59,102 nucleotides of DNA. Source: Thermoanaerobaculia bacterium. GTDB taxonomy: Bacteria > Acidobacteriota > Thermoanaerobaculia > Gp7-AA8. The first letter of the stretch is position 1; the number at the start of each line of letters is the position of its first letter. The notes below the pieces were generated by a model, which was not told the DNA's origin, ran no database searches, and worked only from the letters and a program-made list of their open reading frames with translations. The stretch lies in the NCBI GenBank assembly GCA_017883265.1, contig JADGNX010000003.1, positions 1 through 59,102 on the forward strand, in the 5' to 3' direction. The position numbers and the translations under genes were made by a program. Positions 1 through 10,133 of this stretch are shown one piece after another.

Positions 1-2
1 GC

Positions 3-146
3 GACCACCGCATGGCGATGTCGTTTGCCATAGCCGGCCTTGCTCGCGGTGGCGTCACGATTGCCGACGAGCAGGTCGTGGCCAAGTCGTATCCCCGTTT
101 CTGGAAGAGCCTCGACGAGTTGGTGGCCACGAGCGAGAAGGAATGA
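3..146 (+). CDS. aroA: EPSP synthase, 3' end (partial, runs off window start)
   Basis: Hand translation of frame 3 gives [13 protein letters not shown]...[12 protein letters not shown], the conserved AroA C-terminal DHRMAM and KSYP motifs. Confidence 0.9.
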   Translation, partial: DHRMAMSFAIAGLARGGVTIADEQVVAKSYPRFWKSLDELVATSEKE

Positions 147-326
147 GCAACTGATCGGCGGTTGTGAGGGCCATGGCAGGATCTCGCGGTGCCCGGCGCC
201 CGAAAGCGGGCGCGGTCCGACTTGTGACGAGGCGGCCCCGTGGTGCGCCGATTGATAGAATGTCCCCGATGAGCTCCTCGCTGGACACGAGAGATTCTGC
301 GCTCTCGCTGTCATGACGGCCGGCCG

Positions 327-1652
327 ATGACAGTCTGGTACCTCCTTCTCTCGCTGGTGTTCGTCATCGCGAACGGGCTCTTCGTCGCTGCTGAATTCGC
401 CATCGTCAAGGTTCGTCCCACCCAACTCGCGGAGCTGACGGCGGAGGGAAGCAGCCGGGCCCGGATGGCCCGCCGGATCGTCAAGAAGCTCGACTCCTAT
501 CTGTCGGCGACGCAGCTCGGCGTCACGCTGGCCTCGCTGGCCCTAGGCTGGGTCGGCGAGCCGGCTTTCGCCGATCTCCTCATCCCTCATCTCGCTGCAC
601 TCGGAGTCTCCTCGACAGCGGTCGCGCACTCCATTGCTGCGTCGGTCGCCTTCATCTTCATCTCGGCCCTTCACATCATCTTTGGCGAGCTCGGACCCAA
701 GTACATCGCCATCGATAAGCCGCTGGCCACCACGCTCTGGCTGGCTCATGTTCTTCGCGGCTTCTACCTTGCGATGTTCCCGATCATCTGGGTTCTCAAT
801 CACTCCTCGAATGCCATTCTCAAAGTGGTGGGGATCAAGCCGGCCGGGAAGGCGGACATGGCTCACTCCGAGGAAGAGCTTCGCCTGATCCTGGCCAGCT
901 CAGAGAAGGCTGGGGTGCTCTCAGAGCCCAACCGGGAGATCATCGAAGGAGTCTTCCAGTTCTCGCGACGTACGGCCCGTCAGATCATGGTGCCGCGGAC
1001 CGACGTGACCGTTCTCTCGACCATGAAGACCATCGAGGAGAACCTCGAGCTGATACGCACCTCGCGGCATACCCGCTATCCGCTCTGTGACGGGACTCTC
1101 GATCAGACCATCGGCCTCATTCATGTGAAAGACCTGATGCTCGCACAGCTCCGGGGCCCGGGCCGCAGCCTGATCGATCTCAAACGAGAGGTCTTGTTCG
1201 TCCCGGAGACCAGCACTGTGAATTCGCTCCTTCGTCAGTTCATCGAGCAGAGGACCCACATGGCGGTCATCCTCGACGAATACGGGGGCGCCTCCGGGAT
1301 CGTCTCACTGGAGAACGTGACCGAAGAGCTCTTCGGTCAGATCCAGGATGAGTTCGATCGAGAACGGCCCGAGATCGAACCTCTCGAGAACGGACGCTAC
1401 CGAGTGCGAGGGGACTACCTGATCGAGGATCTGGCCGATCGACTCGACATCCATGTCGGCGATCCCGATGAGGAGACCATCGGCGGCTACGTTTCCGCGC
1501 GCCTCGGTCAGGACGTGAAGCCTGGAGATCGTTGCCAGCTCGGCGAGCTATCGATCGAGGTTCTCGAGGCTGAGCGCTTCAGGATCCGGTGGGTGATGGT
1601 GGAGCGAAAGAGCCGCCCCGTCGATGGGGCCGCCGAGGCCGGTGGGCGATGA
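327..1652 (+). CDS. HlyC/CorC (CNNM/DUF21-CBS-CorC) family transporter
   Basis: N-terminal NGLFVAAEFA, FGELGPK, CBS pair (IMVPRTDV, HTRYPL, DEYGG), C-terminal CorC domain (ETIGGY). Confidence 0.9.
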   Translation: MTVWYLLLSLVFVIANGLFVAAEFAIVKVRPTQLAELTAEGSSRARMARRIVKKLDSYLSATQLGVTLASLALGWVGEPAFADLLIPHLAALGVSSTAVAHSIAASVAFIFISALHIIFGELGPKYIAIDKPLATTLWLAHVLRGFYLAMFPIIWVLNHSSNAILKVVGIKPAGKADMAHSEEELRLILASSEKAGVLSEPNREIIEGVFQFSRRTARQIMVPRTDVTVLSTMKTIEENLELIRTSRHTRYPLCDGTLDQTIGLIHVKDLMLAQLRGPGRSLIDLKREVLFVPETSTVNSLLRQFIEQRTHMAVILDEYGGASGIVSLENVTEELFGQIQDEFDRERPEIEPLENGRYRVRGDYLIEDLADRLDIHVGDPDEETIGGYVSARLGQDVKPGDRCQLGELSIEVLEAERFRIRWVMVERKSRPVDGAAEAGGR

Positions 1653-1707
1653 GTCCACATACGGGCAGGATGAGAGGCGAGAATGCCTCGCCGGCGCCCG
1701 ATTTACA

Positions 1708-2517
1708 ATGACTCCTATGGAACCCAATGAGGATCAGGGGAAACTCAACATTCCCGGCAAACCGCGAGAGGCGCTCGAAGATCGAAAGCTTCTTGACCAT
1801 CCCAGCCGCGCAGAAACACTGCAGAGCGACTCATGGCGCGTCCTGCGAATCACGAGCGAGTTCGTGCAGGGGTTCGACTATCTGGCCGAGGTTTATCCGG
1901 CGGTATCGATCTTCGGCTCTGCTCGGACGAAGGTCGCCGATCGTTACTACAGTGCAGCGGTGGAAACGGCCGAGTTGATCGGGCGCGCCGGTTTCGCCAT
2001 CATCACCGGAGGCGGGTCCGGAATCATGGAAGCGGCGAACCAGGGCGCGCGGCAGGCCGGGGCGCTGTCGATCGGCTGCAACATCGAGCTGCCGTTCGAG
2101 CAGCAGATCAATCCGTATGTCGACAAAGCCATGACGTTCCGATACTTCTTCGTCCGGAAGACGATGTTCATCAAGTACTCCGAAGCGTTCGTGACCTTCC
2201 CCGGCGGCTTCGGCACCCTCGATGAGCTGATGGGCGCTCTGACGCTCATTCAGACCAAGAAGATCTCCGACTTCCCCGTCATCCTGTTCGGCTCCGAATA
2301 CTGGAGTGGACTGCTCGACTGGATGCGGAAGTTCGTGCTCTCGGCCAACAACATCACCCAGGAGGACGTCGACAACATTCACGTCGTCGACGAGCCGGCC
2401 CGGGTGAGGGACATCGTCCTGGAGTATCACGAGAAGGCGATGCGCCACAACGAAGGGAAGCGGGGCGGCGGCTTCGAGGGGGAGCCTGTCATGACCCCAC
2501 GCGGGGCTGACTCGTAA
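1708..2517 (+). CDS. LOG family (TIGR00730-like) nucleotide-binding protein / phosphoribohydrolase
   Basis: VSIFGSAR, TGGGSGIMEAAN, YFFVRKTMF and PGGFGTLDE motifs; start ATG 1708 or 1717. Confidence 0.9.
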   Translation: MTPMEPNEDQGKLNIPGKPREALEDRKLLDHPSRAETLQSDSWRVLRITSEFVQGFDYLAEVYPAVSIFGSARTKVADRYYSAAVETAELIGRAGFAIITGGGSGIMEAANQGARQAGALSIGCNIELPFEQQINPYVDKAMTFRYFFVRKTMFIKYSEAFVTFPGGFGTLDELMGALTLIQTKKISDFPVILFGSEYWSGLLDWMRKFVLSANNITQEDVDNIHVVDEPARVRDIVLEYHEKAMRHNEGKRGGGFEGEPVMTPRGADS

Positions 2518-2589
2518 TCCTTCTGTTCGATTTTGCGGCCTTCGCCTCCGCGCGCTCGCTGCGGTAGAGCTGCAAGCGTGATAGCCCGG

Positions 2590-2640
2590 TTACCTCAGGT
2601 AAATCGTGGGTTGACAAAGAGATACTCTTCGCCGCACTTT
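2590..2640 (+). promoter_or_regulatory. Putative promoter (TTGACA -35) with two palindromic operator-like sites
   Basis: TTGACA at 2611-2616; palindromes TTACCT-C-AGGTAA (2590-2602) and AAGAG-ATA-CTCTT (2617-2629); -10 element weak. Confidence 0.4.
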
Positions 2641-2667
2641 GTTCGTGACAAGGGAGTACCGAGTGGC

Positions 2668-3648
2668 GTGACCAGATTTTTTCTTGGAGTCGACGGCGGT
2701 GGATCGAAAACGGCGGCGCTCGTCGTCGATGAATCGATGCGGCGCCACGGTGGGGGCCTGGCTGGAGGATCGAACCACCTGCGCGTGGGGATCGAACTGG
2801 CTACCCGGAACGTCGAACGGGCCATCAACATCGCGCTGGTGGAGGCCGAGATCCCGATCACACAGATCGAATTTGCCTATTGCGGCATCGCCGGCTCGGA
2901 TCATCCGGTGCATCGACAGAAGGTCGTCGAGGCGCTGAGCGTCTTCTTTCCGCGCGGCAATTTCACGGTCGACAATGATGCTCGCATCGCCCTGACCGGA
3001 GCCATCGGCTGGAATCCGGGAGTGGTCGTGATCGCCGGCACCGGCTCGGTGGCCTTCGGCAGGAACGCCGAAGGCCAGGAGGCCCGTGCCGGCGGATGGG
3101 GACCGACCATCGGCGACGAAGGGAGCGGATACGCCATTGCGCGCGTCGGTCTCTCCGCCGTGGTTCGCGCGTTCGACGGTCGTTCTCCGGCCACGAAGAT
3201 GACCGACATCCTCTGTCAACGGTACAACATGTGTCACCCGGCCGATCTCCCGCGCGTCATCTATGCGCCCGACACCCATTCAGACGACATCGCCGTCTAC
3301 TGCCGGATGGTCATCGAGGCGGCCGAGGCCGACGACACCATCGCCAAGAGGATCCTCGACAACGCGGGGCGCGAGCTGGCCAGGAGTGCCATCGCCGTGT
3401 CACGAAAGCTGGAGATGCTCGACCATCCGATCATCGTGGCCTACGTGGGGGGCGCCTTCAACGCCGGCCGCTTCGTGCTCGATCCGATGAACGAAGTGCT
3501 GCTCGAGCAGGCACCGCTGGCAAAGCTGCAGCCGCCTCTGCACACCCCCGTCGAGGGCGCCGCCATGATGGCGCTGCGCGGTCCTGGCGGGCCGAGGCCT
3601 ACGCGAGACGCCATCGTGGGTGGTGGTAGCCGGGGGACGACTCCGTAG
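2668..3648 (+). CDS. BadF/BadG/BcrA/BcrD ATPase family, N-acetylglucosamine-kinase-like
   Basis: GVDGGGSKT, DNDA, IAGTGS, GGWGPTIGDEGSG motifs; GTG start at 2668. Confidence 0.85.
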   Translation: MTRFFLGVDGGGSKTAALVVDESMRRHGGGLAGGSNHLRVGIELATRNVERAINIALVEAEIPITQIEFAYCGIAGSDHPVHRQKVVEALSVFFPRGNFTVDNDARIALTGAIGWNPGVVVIAGTGSVAFGRNAEGQEARAGGWGPTIGDEGSGYAIARVGLSAVVRAFDGRSPATKMTDILCQRYNMCHPADLPRVIYAPDTHSDDIAVYCRMVIEAAEADDTIAKRILDNAGRELARSAIAVSRKLEMLDHPIIVAYVGGAFNAGRFVLDPMNEVLLEQAPLAKLQPPLHTPVEGAAMMALRGPGGPRPTRDAIVGGGSRGTTP

Positions 3649-3651
3649 TCC

Positions 3652-4314
3652 TTAGAACCGAAGCGACAGGCCGCCCGAGAAAATTACCGGATTGATCTTC
3701 ACCTTTTGCGACTGGTTTGGACCGGTGGCGAAGACGGCGTCGGCCGAGGACTTGACCGGAACGTACTTGCCGTCGGCGACCAGGGCCAGGTTCTTCGACA
3801 GGGCGAAGCCGATTCCGGCATTGAGCACCAGACCGGCGTCGTTCTTGAAGTTGATGTTGCGAACCCCGAGGTTGCCGACGTCATTGATGTTGGAGAGATT
3901 GTCGAACAGGACGTAAGCCGCCCCTGCCCCGATGTACGGATCGACCGTGGCGTTCGGCGCGAAATGAAACTGCAGGACGCCGGTGATGGGGATCATCTTG
4001 ACCGTCCCCAGGTTGCCGCTGGTCGGCGCGGCCGCGTGCGATCGGAACTGGGCGTCGGGCCGGACTTCCGAGGCTGCGAATTCCGTCGAGATGTGATCTC
4101 CCCAGAAGATATTCGCGGCGATCCCGTAACCCATCTTCGAGTTGAAGCTGATGTCGAAGGGCTGATTGGGATTGGTGGCGTTGAAGGTGCCGCTGCTGTT
4201 CGGATCGACCCAGCTGACCATGCCGGTCAGATCGAACGTGCGGTCCGCGGCGAGAGTTGGGTATGCGGCCAGGATCAGAATTGCTGCGGTTGCTGCAAGG
4301 CGAAACAGTTTCAT
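3652..4314 (-). CDS. OmpW family outer-membrane beta-barrel protein
   Basis: Signal peptide MKLFRLAATAAILILAAYPTLA, LQFHF..DPYIGAG, terminal aromatic residue (LSLRF); RBS GGAGG upstream. Confidence 0.85.
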   Translation of the reverse strand: MKLFRLAATAAILILAAYPTLAADRTFDLTGMVSWVDPNSSGTFNATNPNQPFDISFNSKMGYGIAANIFWGDHISTEFAASEVRPDAQFRSHAAAPTSGNLGTVKMIPITGVLQFHFAPNATVDPYIGAGAAYVLFDNLSNINDVGNLGVRNINFKNDAGLVLNAGIGFALSKNLALVADGKYVPVKSSADAVFATGPNQSQKVKINPVIFSGGLSLRF

Positions 4315-4352
4315 TAGACATCCTCCCGTTTGATTACGACGGGAGTCGTCCA

Positions 4353-4369
4353 TAGCAAAAGAGCCGCCT
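4353..4369 (-). promoter_or_regulatory. Candidate sigma-54 (-24/-12) promoter upstream of ompW-like gene
   Basis: Minus strand AGGCGGCTCTTTTGCTA = GG-N10-GC with TTGC, about 40 bp before the start. Confidence 0.45.
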
Positions 4370-4511
4370 GATCTTCTTACGGCCGCGGCCGGTTGGTGGC
4401 TGGGGAGCCTTCCGGAGTGCCGTCAATGCATGAGGCTGCCGGAACCGGCATTCACTGCCGCTGAGGCGTAACGCGCACCCGGAGTCGGAGCGGACGACCG
4501 CCGCTCCGCGA

Positions 4512-7229
4512 TCAGGCCGCGGTGCCGTGACATTTCTTATACTTTTTCCCCGAACCGCAGGGACAGGGGTCGTTCCGACCGACCTTAGCCTCGCGACGCT
4601 TGAGCGTCTGGGGCATCTCTTTGGGCGCTCCTGAGAAGGTCAGTTGCTGCCGCGGCGGGGCGGGCATGACTCGCTGAGGCTTCTCGTCCTCGCGCTCCAC
4701 GACCACGTCGATTTTCCAGAGGTATTTGACGACGCGATCCTGGATGCGCTCCATCATCGACTGGAAGAGATCGAACGATTCCTTCTTGTACTCGATGAGC
4801 GGATCACGCTGGCCGTAGCCGCGCAGTCCGATTCCTTCCTTGAGGTGATCGAGAACGAGCAGGTGATCTTTCCACTGCTGATCGATGACCTGGAGGAGGA
4901 GATATTTCTCGTGAAGGCGCATCATCGGCTCGCCGACTTCGGCCTCTTTCGCCTCGTACCGGGCCCGCACCATCTCGACGATCTCAGCCTTGAGCTGCTC
5001 ATGCGGTGTGTGGGCAAGGTCGAACTGTTTCGTCCGGATGTCGACGCCGAAGAAGTCGAACAACTCTGCCTTCAGCTCGTTTTCCTGAATCTCTTCCTTG
5101 GCATCCTCCGGTACGTGGGTCTCCACGAGATAATCGACGATGTCCTCGGCGGCATTGAGGATGTACTCGCGTCCTTCGCGACCTTCCAGAATGCTGCGCC
5201 GCAGCGTGTAGATCGACTCACGCTGCTTGTTCATGACGTCGTCGTATTCGAGGAGGTGTTTGCGGGCCTCGAAGTTGCGCCCTTCGACCTGCTTCTGCGC
5301 CCGCTCGATGGCACGGCTGACCATGCCATGCTCGATGGGAACGCCTTCCTCCATCCCGAGACGCTGCATCAGACCGGAGATCCGATCGGATCCGAAGATG
5401 CGCATCAGATCGTCTTCCAGTGAGAGATAGAAACGGCTCGAGCCGGGGTCGCCCTGGCGGCCTGATCGGCCGCGAAGCTGGTTGTCGATGCGTCGCGACT
5501 CGTGGCGCTCAGTGCCTATGATGTGCAGTCCACCGGCGGCAACGACCTCTTTGTGGTCGGCGTCCCACTTCTCGCGGATCTCGGTCTCGATGGCCAGTCG
5601 CTCGGCGGGATCGGCTACGTCACGAGTCTTCTGCTGAGCCGCGAACTCCGGATTGCCGCCGAGGAGAATGTCTGTTCCACGCCCGGCCATGTTCGTGGCG
5701 ATCGTCACGGCACTGATGCGCCCGGCCTGAGCCACGATCTCGGCCTCACGCTCGTGATACTTGGCGTTGAGGACGACGTGAGGGACGCCCTCGCGCTTGA
5801 GGAGGCTTCCAAGGTGCTCGGAGCGCTCGATGGAGATCGTGCCGACCAGGGTCGGCTGACCGTTCGAATGCTTGACCTTGATCTCGTCGACGATGGCCTT
5901 GAACTTCTCTTCCTCAGTACGGAAGACGAGGTCGGCCTGATCCTTCCGCACCATCGGACGGTTGGGCGGGATGACGACGACCTCGAGCTTATAGATGTTG
6001 TCGAACTCGGCAGCCTCGGTATCGGCTGTACCGGTCATGCCGGCCAGCTTCTCGTACATCCGGAAGTAGTTCTGGAAGGTGATGGTGGCCAGAGTCTGGT
6101 TCTCGGCCTCGATGCGCACACCCTCCTTCGCTTCCACGGCCTGATGCAGACCGTCGGACCAGCGGCGGCCCGGCATGAGCCGGCCGGTGAATTCATCGAC
6201 GATGATGACCTCGCCGTCCTTGACCACATATTCGACGTCGAGCTTGTAGAGCGTGTGTGCACGAAGAGCCTGATTGACGTGGTGCAGCGCGTCCATGTTC
6301 GAAGGGTCGTAGAGGTTCTCGATGCCCAGCAGCTTCTCGGCGTGGAGCACCCCCTCTTCGGTCAGGACGGACTGGTGTTGTTTCTCATCGATCTGATAGT
6401 CGGTCTCCGCGATGAGACGGGGGACGATGCGGTCCACCTTGTAGTACTGGTCGACCGACTCCTCGGACGGGCCGCTGATGATGAGTGGAGTGCGGGCCTC
6501 GTCGATCAGAATCGAGTCGACTTCATCGACGATGCCGAAGACATGGCTGCGCTGCACCATGGCCTCGAGATCGAACTTCATGTTGTCGCGGAGGTAATCG
6601 AACCCGAACTCGTTGTTCGTTCCGTAGGTCACGTCGCTGCCGTAAGCCTCCTGCCGCTCGCGATCGCCGAAGTGGTTCTGGATGACGCCGACCGTGAGGC
6701 CGAGGAAACGATAGAGGCGGCCCATCCACTCAGAGTCGCGGCGGGCAAGGTAATCGTTGACGGTGACGACGTGCACTCCACGCCCTGTCAGCGAGTTGAG
6801 GTAGACCGGGAGGGTGGCAACCAGTGTCTTCCCTTCACCCGTCTTCATCTCGGCGATCCTGCCGTTGTGCAGGACGATCCCGCCGATGAGCTGAACGTCG
6901 AAATGACGCATGTTGAGGATGCGCTTGCCGCCTTCGCGGCAGACGGCGAAAGCCTCCGGCAGGAGGGCGTCGAGCGCTGCCTTGAGGTCATCCTTGGCCG
7001 CTTTGACCGCCATTTCATCGCGAGGAACTTCGCGTTGCGCGGCTTCGAGGGCCTCGACGACCGGGCGGAGGCGTTGGCGGAACTCCACGGTCTTCGCGCG
7101 CAGGCCCTCGTCTGAGAGGCGGGATGTCTCCGGTTCCAGGGCGTTGATTTGAGCTACGACGGGCAACATCCGCTTGACGTCGCGCTCGTGTTGCGAGCCG
7201 AACAGGGTGGTCAATACTTTATTTATCAT
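4512..7229 (-). CDS. secA: Preprotein translocase ATPase SecA
   Basis: [41 protein letters not shown]-terminal [18 protein letters not shown]; start MINKVL at 7229. Confidence 0.98.
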   Translation of the reverse strand: MINKVLTTLFGSQHERDVKRMLPVVAQINALEPETSRLSDEGLRAKTVEFRQRLRPVVEALEAAQREVPRDEMAVKAAKDDLKAALDALLPEAFAVCREGGKRILNMRHFDVQLIGGIVLHNGRIAEMKTGEGKTLVATLPVYLNSLTGRGVHVVTVNDYLARRDSEWMGRLYRFLGLTVGVIQNHFGDRERQEAYGSDVTYGTNNEFGFDYLRDNMKFDLEAMVQRSHVFGIVDEVDSILIDEARTPLIISGPSEESVDQYYKVDRIVPRLIAETDYQIDEKQHQSVLTEEGVLHAEKLLGIENLYDPSNMDALHHVNQALRAHTLYKLDVEYVVKDGEVIIVDEFTGRLMPGRRWSDGLHQAVEAKEGVRIEAENQTLATITFQNYFRMYEKLAGMTGTADTEAAEFDNIYKLEVVVIPPNRPMVRKDQADLVFRTEEEKFKAIVDEIKVKHSNGQPTLVGTISIERSEHLGSLLKREGVPHVVLNAKYHEREAEIVAQAGRISAVTIATNMAGRGTDILLGGNPEFAAQQKTRDVADPAERLAIETEIREKWDADHKEVVAAGGLHIIGTERHESRRIDNQLRGRSGRQGDPGSSRFYLSLEDDLMRIFGSDRISGLMQRLGMEEGVPIEHGMVSRAIERAQKQVEGRNFEARKHLLEYDDVMNKQRESIYTLRRSILEGREGREYILNAAEDIVDYLVETHVPEDAKEEIQENELKAELFDFFGVDIRTKQFDLAHTPHEQLKAEIVEMVRARYEAKEAEVGEPMMRLHEKYLLLQVIDQQWKDHLLVLDHLKEGIGLRGYGQRDPLIEYKKESFDLFQSMMERIQDRVVKYLWKIDVVVEREDEKPQRVMPAPPRQQLTFSGAPKEMPQTLKRREAKVGRNDPCPCGSGKKYKKCHGTAA

Positions 7230-7370
7230 TCGAGAAGAGCCTTTATTTCGAAGTGCGGCGGCTGGATGCTGCCACGGGCCGCAAGTGCCGGAGCGGCAAA
7301 CGGGTAGCCTATCAAACGAAGAACATGCCAACAACAATCCCGGACGCGCCGCCATGGATCGACGGCCAAA

Positions 7371-7397
7371 TGGAGCGGCGGCCGCCTCGGCCGCCGG
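7371..7397 (+). repeat. REP-like palindrome, family B
   Basis: TGGAGCGGCGGCCGCCTCGGCCGCCGG, 2 mismatches to the reverse complement of the copy at 37257-37287; related copies at 37155 and 42068. Confidence 0.7.
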
Positions 7398-7434
7398 AGA
7401 GGGTGGCTGAGCCTGTACAGCGCGAGTTCGCGGC

Positions 7435-8376
7435 TCAGACCCGAAGAGCCTGCAGGCGATCGTAGGTCATCATCGCCTGATGCCCCAGGAAGACCACGAT
7501 CGCGAAGTAGGCCAGAGCGATAGTGATCCGCTGGGCAGCGGTCAGCGCGTAGAAGTCGCTCTCTTTCTCGTGCACGATCGAGTTGTAGACCTGGAAAGCC
7601 GACAGAATCAGGATCAGAACGAGCAGGGGATTGTGCTGGCGGACCGTCTTGTAGACGAGGATGGCCCCGCCAAACAGCCACATCCACTTGCTGACCGCAC
7701 CTGAAATGCGTCCGCCGTCGAGCGGTCCGACCGGCAGGAGGTTGAGCAGATTGATGAGAAACCCTGCAAAGGCGATGGCCAGGAATAGTGGTTTGTCGCT
7801 CCATTTGAAGATCTGCAGTGAGACCAGACAGGCCAGGGTGCCGGCGATCGGACCGGCCAGCCCGATCTGTGCGTCGACGTAAGCCGAGCGCGGCTGATCC
7901 TTCAGCGTCACCGCTCCGCCGACGAACGGGATGAAGACCATCATGCCGGTGCGCAGGCCCTTGGCGCGGATGATGAGCGCGTGTCCCAGCTCGTGGATCA
8001 CAGTGATCAGAACAAAGCCGAGGACGAAACCGAACGGCATCTTGACCGCGTAGGCGGCGATGGTGACGACCATGGAGACGGCGGCGACAGCGAACTGCAT
8101 GGCCCCGAATCCTTCGAACGGATTGACGAGCAGCAGCTTGAATTTCGCCAGAAGAAGAAAGATCACCGCTTTGAGCTTGAGCAGAACCACGCCGATCGTG
8201 ACGAAGGCGCCGGAGATGATCTTCCATACGCCTCGGCGCGCCGGCAGAGGGTCCGGGGCCGAGGAGCCCGCGATCTGAGGCGAAAGCGTTGAAGGCGCCA
8301 CGGGCAGTGGAACCGGCGTCGAGGGGTCGGCGGCGGTTTCGGGAGCAGTCTCCGTACGGATGGCGGAGGATGGCAT
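7435..8376 (-). CDS. Site-2 protease (peptidase M50) family membrane metalloprotease
   Basis: HELGH zinc motif, [14 protein letters not shown]; multiple TM segments. Confidence 0.9.
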   Translation of the reverse strand: MPSSAIRTETAPETAADPSTPVPLPVAPSTLSPQIAGSSAPDPLPARRGVWKIISGAFVTIGVVLLKLKAVIFLLLAKFKLLLVNPFEGFGAMQFAVAAVSMVVTIAAYAVKMPFGFVLGFVLITVIHELGHALIIRAKGLRTGMMVFIPFVGGAVTLKDQPRSAYVDAQIGLAGPIAGTLACLVSLQIFKWSDKPLFLAIAFAGFLINLLNLLPVGPLDGGRISGAVSKWMWLFGGAILVYKTVRQHNPLLVLILILSAFQVYNSIVHEKESDFYALTAAQRITIALAYFAIVVFLGHQAMMTYDRLQALRV

Positions 8377-8473
8377 TGACGGTGATCTTCACAACGCCGG
8401 CACCGTGATGTTATTCCGGCTTTGCGGCGATCTGTGACCGATTCTCGCTCCTCTCGTCTGCGACAATACAGCT

Positions 8474-10120
8474 GTGTCGGATGGCGTTGAAGAGTTGCGG
8501 GGCAGGCTGCGAGAGCTCGGATATCTGAGCCATCGCATCGAGCGCTGGTTTGGTCTCGACCCATGGAGCTCGCGAACGTTCTGGATCGAACTGGCGCTCG
8601 TCGCGGCGAAAGCAGCACTGCTGCTGTGCGGCTTCGCCGCCGCTCCGATGGTGGCCGTCATGTGGATCCGCAATGCGCCGCTCGGCCCGGCAGACCTCGC
8701 GCTGCTCTTCTCGCTCTACGGCGGTGGATGGTTCGTCCTCTCGTTCCTGCTGACCGTGGCACTGGCGCTCCTGCTGAAATTGAGGCCGGCACTACCGCTG
8801 GATCAGCCTGGCTTCCTCCTGGGCATCTCCATCGGCGCGACGGCTTTCATGGCATTGACCATCGCCGGCTGGTGGTATCGCTTCGACAGTCCCCCCTCGA
8901 TCCTCGAGGGCGCAGCAGGAGTCGCTCTGGTTCTCCTGCTCTTCGCCCTGGGCACCATCGTGATCTCCGCAGCGCTCCTTTCGTTCTCGATCTACGAGCT
9001 TCAGAGGGTCCCCTCGTTCCACCAGCGATCGCGCACCGTTCCGATCGCATTCGGAGCGGCCGGCATCCTGGCGATTCTCTTTGTGCCTGCCTGGGCCGCT
9101 CAGAGGGAACGGCCGCCCCGGGAGCCGGTTCAGGTGGTGACCACCCCCACGAGGCATCGGATCGCTCTGGTAGCCGTCGATGGGCTGACCTACGACATGC
9201 TGGTGGCCTCGACCACGCGATCCGAGCTGCAATACAGTGCCGCCGCCGGGCCGGCCGGCGGGGCATCCGCGGCGGAACGCTGGGCCACTGTTGGAACGGG
9301 GACGCCTCCGCCGCTCCATCGCGTGCGGGCCATCGCGGCCCTTCAGGTCGCGGGGGCAGATGACCTGCTGCAAAGCATCTCGCGAGTCGACTTCCTACTC
9401 GACGACCTCGCACCCCTCGTCGGCGCCGGCCGTCTCCGGGCTCTTCCACCTGCAGTGCGGCGGCGCGATTACGTCTGGGAGATCTTCGCCACTCGAGGAG
9501 TCCCCAGTGCGGCCGTCGACTGGTGGGCCATGGAACAGCGTTCCACGCCGGTTCTCCAGATCCTGGGCCAGGAGGAGATCTTCCGCAGCGCGACGGCGAC
9601 GCATCCGGGCGCGACTGCCGCGGCAGCTGTGCGGATCGACGAGATGGCGGCGGCGGCGCTGCTGAAGATCGCCGATCAACGCTCGCCGCAGTTCGTGACA
9701 GTCTATCTCCCCGGAGTGGACATCATCCTGAACCGGCTCGAGCTCGACGCCGGAGCCCGCGTGTCGCTGACGCTGGCGGCGCTGGAGGGTCTGAGGCGCC
9801 TTGTCCATGAGCTCCGCAGTCGTGGTTATGACTGTCTCGTCGTCGGCATGCCAGGCGACCGCCAGGCCGGACGTGCCGTCATCGCCGCGAACATCCGCCT
9901 CGATGCCAACCGGCCTCAATCGGTGTTCGACGTCGCTCCGACACTCTGCGTCCTTCTCGGGTTTCCCGCCTCGAACGAGATGCCCGGACGCTCTCTCATC
10001 CCGGGAGATCGCTCGATACGCATCGCCACGTATGGTGAACGGAGGATGGCTCCGCGGCTGGCCGCTCCCGCCGATCAGGAGTACTACAACAATCTCCGAT
10101 CGCTCGGCTATGTGCGGTGA
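8474..10120 (+). CDS. Membrane protein with degenerate alkaline-phosphatase/nucleotide-pyrophosphatase-like domain
   Basis: About 5 N-terminal TM helices, LVAVDGL, WATVGTG, DVAPTL..LLG..MPGR, C-terminal LRSLGY. Confidence 0.65.
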   Translation: MSDGVEELRGRLRELGYLSHRIERWFGLDPWSSRTFWIELALVAAKAALLLCGFAAAPMVAVMWIRNAPLGPADLALLFSLYGGGWFVLSFLLTVALALLLKLRPALPLDQPGFLLGISIGATAFMALTIAGWWYRFDSPPSILEGAAGVALVLLLFALGTIVISAALLSFSIYELQRVPSFHQRSRTVPIAFGAAGILAILFVPAWAAQRERPPREPVQVVTTPTRHRIALVAVDGLTYDMLVASTTRSELQYSAAAGPAGGASAAERWATVGTGTPPPLHRVRAIAALQVAGADDLLQSISRVDFLLDDLAPLVGAGRLRALPPAVRRRDYVWEIFATRGVPSAAVDWWAMEQRSTPVLQILGQEEIFRSATATHPGATAAAAVRIDEMAAAALLKIADQRSPQFVTVYLPGVDIILNRLELDAGARVSLTLAALEGLRRLVHELRSRGYDCLVVGMPGDRQAGRAVIAANIRLDANRPQSVFDVAPTLCVLLGFPASNEMPGRSLIPGDRSIRIATYGERRMAPRLAAPADQEYYNNLRSLGYVR

Positions 10121-10133
10121 CGACCGGGCTGTC

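Noticed and set aside
147-326. Metal-sensing riboswitch before the CorC/HlyC gene
   Set aside because: Only short GC hairpins (e.g. GCGCCCG-AAAG-CGGGCGC); no M-box or yybP-ykoY consensus recognised.
5502-7115. Long antisense ORFs (also 10866-12176, 25199-26644, 51285-53129, 53532-55412, 56631-57953)
   Set aside because: Shadow frames opposite well-supported genes, expected in high-GC DNA, with no recognisable motifs.
7315-7332. Sigma-54 promoter for secA
   Set aside because: TGGCATG is present on the minus strand, but the -12 position reads GT rather than GC.
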